A DNA stretch of 38,243 nt from a virus (Duplodnaviria > Caudoviricetes), in IMG/VR virus record IMGVR_UViG_3300032092_000100, positions 1-38,243 of that record. One strand, 5' to 3'. Each line of letters starts with the position of its first letter. Position 1 is the first letter of the stretch. Of the stretch, positions 10,901 to 20,600 are shown one piece after another. The notes under the pieces are model-generated. The model ran no database searches, had not been told where the DNA came from, and saw nothing but the letters and a program-made list of their open reading frames with translations. Both the position numbers and the translations under genes were made by a program.

Positions 10901-12410
10901 CTATGATTATGATGGTGCTTATGAGGATGTTAATGATGCCAATGATATTAGAGGGGCTTGGTTCTGCGAAGACCCTCATTATTCAGATTATTACATATCT
11001 AATTGGAACAATAAGGGAAGGTTAGGTTTATTCTCTCCATTTGCAAAAAGACAGGAGTTAAAAACAACTGTTTATCATACTAATTCTTTAATTGATAATA
11101 GTCAAATAAACGGACTTAGTCAAGTTGAATTTCAAAATCAAGTATCATTAAAAGATGAATTTGGTCCTATAAATAGATTGATGCATATTGGGGATACTTT
11201 AAAGGCATTCCAAGATAGAAAGATAAGCTCGATATATGTACAAAAGGCATTCGGTCTTAATGGAGATGGTACTAACAATGTTGTTATATCTGATCAGACA
11301 TTTGCATCTATAAGACCTCACGATGACGATTATGGATGTGTTCATCCTGGAGGTATTGTAAAATCAGAGGGTAATATATACGCTTACGATTATTATAACT
11401 CAACATTTATTGCTATAACCTCTGGAGGAATATATAATATCTGCAATGGAGATAGAAAATTCATGAATGGGGCGTTTACATTTACTCAAAATGTTAATGA
11501 AAATAGTGGGGTTCTATCAAATATTCAATCTCATATAAATAGATCAACAGGTGAATATATTATATATACCACTCGAAATTCTAGTAATTCATATGTAGAG
11601 CTTGAGGTTGCTTCGTTTAAAGCTCCAAACACTATTGTTTTAGTAGGCGATGTTACTAGCCTATTATATGTGGATCAAACTATAGGAATATATGGTGCTG
11701 AGAACTCGGAAAATAATTTAACGGCAACCATACTTACCATAGTGTATGACCCTGTTAAGAATGTCACAAATATAACTATATCTGGAACCGTTGTAAATGA
11801 AATTCCTGCTGGGAAATATGATGTATTCTTATATTATAATACTTATTCAATTAGAGATAATGGAGTTGGATTAGTATACTCTTATATCTTACAAAGATGG
11901 GTTTCTCACATTGAACACGGTGTTCTTCATGCCACATATTTAGGTAATAAGTTTTTTACTGTAGGTGATAAAGCTGGAGATTTTGGTAGTTTATATGAAG
12001 AAAATTCTGGCGATGAATTAACATTTTTTGGAAACGGTGTAGAGCAAAATATCCAATTTATTTTTAATGAATCTCCTAGCGTTGTTAAGAGATTCTACAC
12101 GCACTTACAACAGGCAAATTATCCATTTCGAGTAGAAGTATCAGTACCTTCTAATCAAACTTACCCTAATGGAATGGCAAGCGACATACCTGTTGCAGCA
12201 TTAAAAAACCAAGAAGGTTATTATGTATCAAGATATTTTAGAGACGCTACAGATCCTAGATATCCATCATCAGCAATAGCTAAATTAAACGGAAGAGAAT
12301 TAAGAGGCTATGTATTAAACCATTCTTTATTTAATGATGATACAACACGGAAAAAAATATTGATGAGCGTTGGTGTAAACTTTACCCCAAGCGAACCTTT
12401 TTTTCAATAA
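7947..12410 (+). CDS. Tail stabilisation / muzzle protein (P22 gp10-like, crAss-type)
   Basis: 1487 aa; GGMNTDDEDRLVPIGDYR, LLYWTDN..NPPRKINI, FQFRYQYIYDD.EESAWSP, TFKTGATHEFAIQYYDRANR, PPVWATNYQI motifs. Confidence 0.8.
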   Translation: MYSLSNFFNGGMNTDDEDRLVPIGDYRSAAYSRSYSVGTSDNGALQSMTGNLLIENPDLPRGKNVIIGSCEDIEGKGYKAGNLILFSWNSEGNHSIWRYNVVGQEYQLILQDSILNFKLQNRIYHAAVVDGLLYWTDNYFNSYELDPTGLPDFNPPRKINIQKAILYTESGGIDPEGYSEITFDNLDWIKHPPLFSPTGQYITDTTESANNLKNKLFQFRYQYIYDDKEESAWSPISDLFLPNESEYISGTTNIDPYIDNTIRLNISTGSSIAKIIRVAYRIGNNSEFFLYKEFIKSEQGWADYSNVTVDFKNETAGVPISNSERNYDLVPQIAKCVEYLPSNEFAMGNIIEGYDKPDLTDVNFDFDININTIDNTAFTAPLADFINIPYLGTRRNIISLSNVKGQFFLKYRFEPGDILILQLKQSSATAGANNNLLTPDPVLYYTIPAVDGTVYNTDLLKILYVTQDLLSFLNSNGIAATIGSPFTYDGNLVNWPTIDLIYNTWYNQTDWQLEPSNTESYSLNINVLRINNAKRTFKTGATHEFAIQYYDRANRDGTVLTIPTGSVYNPFYYDYQDSYLNNICSLRRKPFYTTMQMTIPDDFQPPVWATNYQILYKPSTNIANFQQRSVIKATYNPDTTVKLFLDNYYKPNYEGASINQTPSKGDFVRFVRKRALFTKENALLISNGLNLGSITRPLNPTLLDTYYFLFESNPPTNDHLTVICDPTGAFSPPGAFTTVGVTNYRFEFNSQFTLSWDLGYATPTSATVQFVLYNTSTGAFIGTLSSNVYTTLTNGMTININGVTPFLSLAAGINVSYGVAVEFAGGVGAYAPNATLNFSSYTMSVYKNNVDYDDYNYYPSYVTNTDEINYELNVLSYNPGDENEGESITVNYFDISLLGDYLFYTGNNSRRGFASGGFQIEIYTPKKESENDPWYETGIEWDIIDPHTQNRRHDGDTAQVLNTTNAVVDLDCGDVYIRQRIMATGYDYDGAYEDVNDANDIRGAWFCEDPHYSDYYISNWNNKGRLGLFSPFAKRQELKTTVYHTNSLIDNSQINGLSQVEFQNQVSLKDEFGPINRLMHIGDTLKAFQDRKISSIYVQKAFGLNGDGTNNVVISDQTFASIRPHDDDYGCVHPGGIVKSEGNIYAYDYYNSTFIAITSGGIYNICNGDRKFMNGAFTFTQNVNENSGVLSNIQSHINRSTGEYIIYTTRNSSNSYVELEVASFKAPNTIVLVGDVTSLLYVDQTIGIYGAENSENNLTATILTIVYDPVKNVTNITISGTVVNEIPAGKYDVFLYYNTYSIRDNGVGLVYSYILQRWVSHIEHGVLHATYLGNKFFTVGDKAGDFGSLYEENSGDELTFFGNGVEQNIQFIFNESPSVVKRFYTHLQQANYPFRVEVSVPSNQTYPNGMASDIPVAALKNQEGYYVSRYFRDATDPRYPSSAIAKLNGRELRGYVLNHSLFNDDTTRKKILMSVGVNFTPSEPFFQ

Positions 12411-12419
12411 AAAAAATCG

Positions 12420-12427
12420 TATATTTG
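12420..12427 (+). promoter_or_regulatory. -7 promoter element TATATTTG
   Basis: Perfect TAnnTTTG in the intergenic gap, 20 nt before the ATG at 12448. Confidence 0.65.
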
Positions 12428-12447
12428 AACAATAAATTTGAATAGTT

Positions 12448-13173
12448 ATGGTTGGAATGACAACAATGGCCGTTGCAGGAGGCTTACAAGCTTTGGGTCA
12501 ATTAGGATATGGGCTTTATCAGCAAAGGCAAGCTAAAAAATTAGCTGAAAAATTGGGCAAGCAGCCTCAATATCAGTATGATTTAGCTAAAAATGCCGTT
12601 GCTGGTCAACTTGCTTTAGCTCAAGGTGAGGCTCCTGGACTTACTCAGCAGATGCAGGGTATTAATCAGAACCTAGCAAATGTTAACCAAAATATTGCAA
12701 AAATGGCTCCCTCTGGTGCGGCAGGTTTAGGTGCTTTAGTTCAAGCTGGAGCCTCCGCTATGGATACTACCAACCAGGCTTTAGGTAATGCGGCTATTCA
12801 AAAATTAGGTCTTCAGCAGGAGTATTTAAGCTCTTTAGGAAATCTACAGGGGTATGAAGATAAAGCTTTTGAGATAAATAAATATTTACCTTATCAGCAA
12901 AAATTAGAGCAGATACAAGCCCTCCGTGCAAGTGGAACTGAAAATGTTGGTACAGCGTTTCAATCAGCAGGAGATACTTTGATGGGTATTGGACAAGCCC
13001 AATCCGCAGCAGAAATAAACAATTCTTTAATAGACGCTTTGCCTAATTCTGTTTTGACAGGAAACACAAGCGAAGCAGAGGTTAAAAGTTTATATGAAAA
13101 CGCTACGCCTGCCATTAAAGCAAGGCTTAAAGAACTATACGGAAATATATACACAAATATACAATGGCTATAG
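12448..13173 (+). CDS. Putative ejection/cargo protein 1 (internal virion, membrane-interacting)
   Basis: 241 aa, Gly/Ala/Gln-rich with hydrophobic N-terminus; lies right after the tail stabilisation gene like podoviral ejection proteins. Confidence 0.6.
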   Translation: MVGMTTMAVAGGLQALGQLGYGLYQQRQAKKLAEKLGKQPQYQYDLAKNAVAGQLALAQGEAPGLTQQMQGINQNLANVNQNIAKMAPSGAAGLGALVQAGASAMDTTNQALGNAAIQKLGLQQEYLSSLGNLQGYEDKAFEINKYLPYQQKLEQIQALRASGTENVGTAFQSAGDTLMGIGQAQSAAEINNSLIDALPNSVLTGNTSEAEVKSLYENATPAIKARLKELYGNIYTNIQWL

Positions 13174-14570
13174 AAACAAATGAATTGATTCCACCAGCTT
13201 ATGTGTATAAACCCATAAGCTTTGGTAGTGCTATACAAAATATTGGTCAGTCTCAATTAGAGGCACAGAAGTATAAATCAGAACAGGCTAAGAGAAAAGA
13301 CCAAGAGAATAAAAGAATGTTAAATGTTGATATTTATGCGACAGCTAATAAGACATTTAATGATAATCTCTCAGAAATGAGAAAAAAAATCATAGATCAA
13401 TATTCTCAATTAGCTGCTCAAGGTCACAACTTAAGCGATCCAAGCGATGACGCTTATAATTTATTTCAATCGGACCTAAATCAATATAAAACAACAGCAG
13501 AGCAATTTAAAGGTGCTGCAAGTGAATTGAAAAATCTAGAAATCACCTTGAGGACTGCTGACCCACAGATAGCTGATTTTCTTGTTAAGAAAATAGACGC
13601 CTCAAAAGATGCAGATGAGTTACAGAGTAATATACAAGAAGCGTATACTGCATATAGTATAATTGCTAAAAAACCAAATATCTCTCCAATTATTGCTAAG
13701 GCAGTTAACTCAGCTGGAATGGACGCTGTAATAAAAAGTATAAAAGATGAAAAAGACAAGGGCAAAAAGATTACTATTGTAAAAGAAATAAATGAAACAA
13801 AGCTTCCAGAAATTTTAAATCTGGTAAGATTAGACCCAGCTTATACTACTGAAAAGAGTTTATTTGAGTATAAAAAGGAAAAAGAATTATTAGAAGATTC
13901 TGAATATAAAGATGCTAATGGAATTGTATATAAAGAATACGATGATTATTTAAAAGCTAAAATATCTGATGCTATTGCATTAAAAGACGCTTCTATGCAA
14001 CAATATAGAGATAAGTCTACATTTAATTTTAATGCAAGCTTTGGTGGTGGTACAACAACTCCAGCAAATGTTAATATTCCAGCCCCTACAAAAGAAACTG
14101 CTATGGCAGATATCAATGGTTCTAATCCAACATGGGATGCTGGAAGCGGTAAGATTAAAATAGCGACAGGTAAAAATGATAGAGCTTCCGCTTGGGGATG
14201 GAATGGGAATAAATTTGGTGCTGTAGATTTTGATTCAGCTACAGGAATTCTTTCAGTAACACCGCAGCAATTAGCTAAGACAAATGCTCCAGGTAATAAC
14301 TATTGGAATTTAATGACAACTGGTTCTGCTAGTACATTTGGTAGCTCAAAATCTGACTTTGTATTACCAGATGGAAGTAGTAAAAATGGATATATAACCT
14401 CTGTTAAATATGATCAATTTGGTAATTTATGGGGTCTCTTAGATAATAATACAGACCGTGTTATATTGTATTCAACTATAGCTGGATTAGAACCCCAAGG
14501 TAATGATACAGATTTATTAAGACAGTTAGGTATGAGTGGACAAATAACTGACTTATTTAAGCTACAGTAA
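13164..14570 (+). CDS. Putative ejection/cargo protein 2
   Basis: 468 aa; helical N-terminal two thirds and beta-rich C-terminal domain; synteny. Confidence 0.5.
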   Translation: MAIETNELIPPAYVYKPISFGSAIQNIGQSQLEAQKYKSEQAKRKDQENKRMLNVDIYATANKTFNDNLSEMRKKIIDQYSQLAAQGHNLSDPSDDAYNLFQSDLNQYKTTAEQFKGAASELKNLEITLRTADPQIADFLVKKIDASKDADELQSNIQEAYTAYSIIAKKPNISPIIAKAVNSAGMDAVIKSIKDEKDKGKKITIVKEINETKLPEILNLVRLDPAYTTEKSLFEYKKEKELLEDSEYKDANGIVYKEYDDYLKAKISDAIALKDASMQQYRDKSTFNFNASFGGGTTTPANVNIPAPTKETAMADINGSNPTWDAGSGKIKIATGKNDRASAWGWNGNKFGAVDFDSATGILSVTPQQLAKTNAPGNNYWNLMTTGSASTFGSSKSDFVLPDGSSKNGYITSVKYDQFGNLWGLLDNNTDRVILYSTIAGLEPQGNDTDLLRQLGMSGQITDLFKLQ

Positions 14571-14589
14571 AAGATACGTTATTTATTCT

Positions 14590-14597
14590 TATATTTG
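14590..14597 (+). promoter_or_regulatory. -7 promoter element TATATTTG for the giant gene
   Basis: Perfect TAnnTTTG, 19 nt before the ATG at 14617. Confidence 0.65.
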
Positions 14598-14616
14598 AAA
14601 ACTAAAATAATATTCA

Positions 14617-17600
14617 ATGGCAAATTTACAAGATCTCTACCTTTTATTATCTCAAGAACCTCGTATTTCTGAACCAGCAACATACGAAGAGTTTGAAGAA
14701 AGAATGCAGGATCCAGAATATAATGAACATATTTCAAAATTAGCTAATTGGGCTGGATATGATGTTTCTACATATGAAGGCGTAAAAAAAAAAGAGGATT
14801 TTATGGAAGAATCTGCTCAGCAATTAGGGCAGGTTTCAGAGCCGCAAAATCCGATTACAGGAGAAACCCAAGAGGTCTCTACTGAAGATCAAGTTCAATC
14901 TGACTTACCAGATTTTTTAGCAGTTCCAAAAGCAATGGAGATGCCATCTGCCCCTACGTCTGTTTTTGGGGCGGCTCCTAAACAAGATGTAGTTGAAGAA
15001 GAGGTGGATTTAAATCAAAATCCAGACCCTAACAATCCAAATAACCCATATGATTTAGGCACTTTTTTTCATCCTGCTGCTAGTGCTATTCAGACAGGGA
15101 ATAAGGTAAGAAAAAACTTTAGAGATAAATATTCCTTGAATATTAATTCGTCTATTGATGGTGCAAAAGATTTCATTAAAGAAGAAAATACAATGGCTAA
15201 AGACATGGGCTTGCCAGAGGATGAGGTTTCTGAAGATAGTATGAATGTTGATGCATCTGAAGATGTAAATATGATTGATGATGGTGGTAAGAGAAAAAGA
15301 AAAAAGAAGAAAGAGGAGAATGTAGATGGGCAAGAATTGCCTACTGAAGGTGGAGTTAAAGAATTTGAAAATCCACTTCCTGGTGTAGAAATTATTGGTG
15401 TATATACTACCGATCAAAAAGATAAAAGAGGAAGAAAGAAATATCAATACATAATTCAAGATAAAACTACAGGTGCTAAGGGCGTTGGTTCTAAGCCAAA
15501 ATTGATGGAGGGTGTTGAAAATGATGCCGTTTGGAAATATGTAATTAATGAAAAGCCAGATACAAAGTTCTATGATGATGATAGTATGTGGCAAGATTTA
15601 AACCAGGCTGTGATCACGGTTGCTGACTACAATGGAAAGTTAGATTCAGATTATAGCGAGAATTTAAAGCAGCACAGAATAAAATATGCTGACAAATTAG
15701 GATTTAAATACAATGAGGAAACAGGTGATTTAGAAACCGATCCAACATTTCAGTACGAGTCTGGGGCCAATAAAGGTACAAATATTATTGAGATCAAAGG
15801 CACAAAGAAGGAAGATAAGGGTAAGAAATCAATCTTTGGAAAAGCATTAGATTGGGCAAAGGAAGCAGTAGGGGATGTTAAAGAATATTTTGGCGAGAAG
15901 AAAGCCATCAATAAGATTGAGAAAAACTTATCTGGTGCAAATAGAAGAATGCAAGATAATAAGTTGATAGAGGATGCTGCAAATCTTTTAGATGAGACTA
16001 AATACATAAATAATTTAGATGAGGATTTCTCAAGAAATTTGAATATCTCTCAAGACTCAAAAAACTTTATTACACATTCAAAAATATCTACAAAAGATAT
16101 TCTTCTATCTACAGAGACAGACTTAATTAATAAGGTTAAAAACAGTGGGTATTTAAATACATATTTTAAGCCTCAAGTAACTGAGGTTATTGAAGGTGGA
16201 GTTGCTAATGCGGCTGTAGCTGGCCAAGAGCAAATAATAGATCCTTTAACAGATCCAGAAAGATATCAAGAAAGACTTAATCAACTCTTTGATCAGGAGG
16301 CAAAGCGTGTTGCCAGAGAATTAAAAAGAGATGCTAGATATGTATTGGCAGATAAATACATACAGGCTCAAATAGAAAAGGGGGTTCCAGAATATAAGAC
16401 GGAACAAAGAGATAGATTGAGACAAATTTATCAATCTAGATTAGATGAGGCAAATCCTTTTGAATATGAAGATATCGTTTCAAATGATAAAAGGGAAGAG
16501 ATTGGATGGACAGAGGCAGCAAGAAAATCAAACAACTACACTGTAAACAAAGGAGACGCTGATTTTGCATCAACAATATATTCAAACTCGTATAGCGACT
16601 ATATAAATAGACCTCAGGCAGAGGCGTTTATTGCAGGTGAAAACTTAGCTATAAATGGGGTTGAATCTGATGGTGATTCTTTAAGGATCCGTGCCGAGTA
16701 TTTGACTAATAGACTTAACCAAGAAAAGTCAAAGGATGGCCTTGCTGATGATAAACAAATTAAAAATGCAATGTCTGAAATCAACACCGTAAAAGTTGAG
16801 CTTTCAGATATAGAGAAAAAAATTAACAGTAAAAATGAAAAGCTATCTTCTTTAATTATAGAGGAAGATGGTGAAAAATATTATGCCTCAGAGGAAGCTC
16901 AAGAAGAGGGTGAAAAATTAGTCTCTGAGATAGAGGCTCTTACTAATGAATACAACAAAGTATATGAGAGAATAAAAGAGCCAAACAGATTATTATCTCA
17001 GTACAGTTCATATGTAAACAAAACAGGTGGCTTGTATAAGGAGTTAGAGAATATTAACTCAAGATTAAATGAATTATCTAAGGATTCTAATATAGTTAGA
17101 CTACAAGAGCTTAATAGTACATTGGAGCAGATAGATATTTTGGATTGGGATAAGAAAAATGTACAGAGAATAGAAGATGAAAATGGTAATTTAAATATAA
17201 CTCAGTTAAAAACCAAGGCACAAAATGGCGAGCTTTCTAATTTTGAAGGTTACGAAATTTTAAAAAATCACGAGAAGAAGGGATATCAAGATCGTGCTAA
17301 TGACGAAGATTTTTGGGGTTTTGTATTTGATATGCCGTATAAATTAATGCAGGCAGGTTCAGCATCTGGAGGAGGACTTCTTCAAACAATAAAATATGCT
17401 GGTGGATTTGTTGAGACTGTTGTGTCTTATCCAAGCCAGGCTTTAGGGTATGATGTTGAGGAGAATTGGATCAATGAAGATGAGAATGTATGGACATCTG
17501 CTGACATAGAAAAAGAATGGTTTAAAGGAACAACTGAATACTTTTCTAAAGAAGTTGTAAATCCTGCTTATGAAAAATACGGAGCTGCGTGGTGGGCAAG

Positions 17601-20600
17601 TACAGTTATACAACTTACTCCAGACTTACTTGCTGCTGCTGGTGGTACTGCAGGTGCAGTTAAAATAGGTCTCCAATCAGGAGTGAAAGCAGGTGTAAAA
17701 TATGCAGCAACAAATGCAACTACAGCTTATTTTGCCACAAGACTAAGCGGTGAATATATGAAAGAAGCGGAGGAGGCAGGATACTCTCCTATGCAAGCTT
17801 TTGCTATGGGAGGTTCTTTAGGTTATGTTGTATCTATGATGGAAAGCTTATTCCCAGAGATTCCTACTTTCCAACAAATCACCTTAAAGAGAATGGCAAG
17901 ACAGATTGTATCTAATGGTATAAGAGATGGTCTTACGTCAGCTCAAATTGCCTCAAAAATATCAGCAGGTTTTTTTGAGATTACAGGAAAATCAATGGCA
18001 AATATATTAGGCCATGTTGCTAAGGAAGGTGTTGTCGAGGAAGGTAATCAGTTTATCGTTGAAGAAGGATTTATGTCCGCTATTGGGGCTAGAGAATTAG
18101 AAATTATAGATCCAAAAACTGGTAATTTCGGCAGGTCTTTAACTCAATATTTTGACAATGTTGCTATCGGAGGACTTGTAGGTGGTCTTATGTCTTCAGG
18201 ATCTACTATTAAGTCTATCTTTAATGAAAAGATGAGTGATCTTACTAGGAAACAAACATTCTTAGCGATGGGTCGAGATTACGATTCTATATTAGAAAAC
18301 GTACTAAACTCTAATAAAGATTTCAAAGAAACGGCTGCTTTTAAGGAGTTAAAAAATATAAAAGAGGAATATGATAAACTTGCTGCAAGCGAGGTGTTTG
18401 AGCAATACGATGACGTTGCAAAGGGTGATATATTAGACCTGTCTCTAAAGCTACAGTCTTTAATAGAATCGCAAAATGCTTTAGCTAAAAAAGGAGTATC
18501 CAATGTTAAGATAGATTCTATAATATCGGCAACACAGAAGCAGTTAAATGATGTTTTAGAGGCTGCTGATGAGAGAGCTGACCAAAGATCAAAGGTTAAT
18601 GAAGAGCTAAATAATTTAGGTGTTAATTTATTCTTTTTAAATCCAGATGGTTCAGTGAGAACTGTTTTATTTAACAGTGGAGTTAAAAAAGAAGAACAGG
18701 AGGCACGTCTTCCTAAAGCATTAGAAATAATAAATAATAATTATAAATTTAATCCTCAAGAAGATGCCGTTCAAGAGTCAGAAACAGGTCAAGTTCCTGT
18801 ACAGCCAGAAGCCGCAGTTGGCCAACAAGTGGAGAAAGGAGTATCCCAAGCAGAACCTCAAGTCACTACCGAAGCAGTCGAGGAGGAAGTAATAATAGAT
18901 AAGCCTGCTATAACTCAAAATACAACTGAAGAATTAAATAGAGTTAAGTCTTTAGATCTTTCTGCTGAAGATGGGGCCACATTTAATATAGGTGGAGATA
19001 AATATGAAGGGGTTGGTTTAGTTATTCCTGTTATTAGTAAAAATACAACTACTGAAGAAATAACTCCAGAAATGATTGCTGATTTTGTTGAGGAGCATTC
19101 TAGCAAAATAGGTGATACAGATGTTGTTAAATTTGGTATATATAAATTCCCTAATAGCAATAAAGTATCTATAGATTTAAATATTGTTGCTCCAGCATCA
19201 TCAAGAGAGCAGGCGATTGAATTTGCAAGATTAGCAGATCAAGAGTCTTTATTTGATTTAGGCACATTTGAAAACATAAAAACAGGTGGTACAGGTTTAA
19301 ATCCTAGACAATTTAATGATGCTGAATTTAAAGAGGTAGCAAGAGCTATGCGTGAAGGTAGACTTCCTAACATAGAAGGATTTGCTGATAATAAATCGAA
19401 AGTTGATAACATAGATCAGATAACGTCTCGTAGAGAAAGATCTTCAACAGAAACTGAAACTGCTCCAGAAACTGCCCCACAACAAAAAGTTACATTTGAT
19501 CAAGCTGTTGAAAATGCTAATCAAGCAGGGTTCAACATGTCTGATAAAACACGTTCAAGAGAGTTATCTGATCGTTCTACGGACCCTAAGAAAAAAAGAA
19601 TTGTTGAGCAAGCAAATAATGCGGCAAGAACATTAAAGTCAATCCTCCCAGACTACGATATTATTGTATTTGAAAATGAAAAGGAATATGATGATTATCA
19701 AAGATCTATTAATGGGACTACAGGGACTAGTGGTTCATTTACTAGATCAGCAGATGGGAATAAGGGTGTTATAGCTATAAACTTATCCAATGCCAATTAT
19801 AGGACAGTTTCTCACGAGATGACTCACGCATTATTGTTTAAGATATTTGGTGAGAATCCTGCTGTTTTTGAAGAGTTTAAAAAGAAAATTTCTGATTTAG
19901 CAAAAGGTGAATTGATCAAAGGTGTAGATAAAAATGGAAAAAGTTTTACGATGTCCTTTGATGATTTTATTAGCGACTTAGTATCAAATAAAATATACAA
20001 TGATTCTGAACGTGCTGAGGAGTATTTGTCTGAGTTGGTAGGTCTTATCACGCAGTTAGACATGTCTAGTCCTACAACAAAGTCTATCCTTAAATCTATA
20101 GGTGATTTCATCAATAAAATAATATCAAGATATTTTGGCAATAGATTAAAAGCAATTGATAACACTTCTTCTCCAGAAGAAGTTATGGAGTTCTTACAAA
20201 CATTCTCGGCTAGTGTCGCTTCAGGTAGTAAGCTTAGAGTTACTCCTGTTAAGGAGGAAGTTAAGAATGTTGATACAAATGGTGAATTAAAAACAAAATA
20301 TGCTTTAGGAGGAGATTTTGAAGCCACTCTTATGCCAGAATCTGATTTGAAAAAATTGGAAGATGATGGGTACTTAATTCAAAATGCAAAAATAGAAGAT
20401 TTAAATGGTGAAGTTGTAATATCAATGTTCCCAGATAATAAAATGGTAGGTGACCTATCTTATGGTACTTATAAAAAAGACACAGAAGTTGATGGAATTA
20501 AATATAAGAAAGGAGATAAAAGAATAGTATTACAGGGTAATGGAGGTTTGCATTTTGCTCTTAAATATAATGAAGATGGTACATTCTGGGCCTCAACTCC

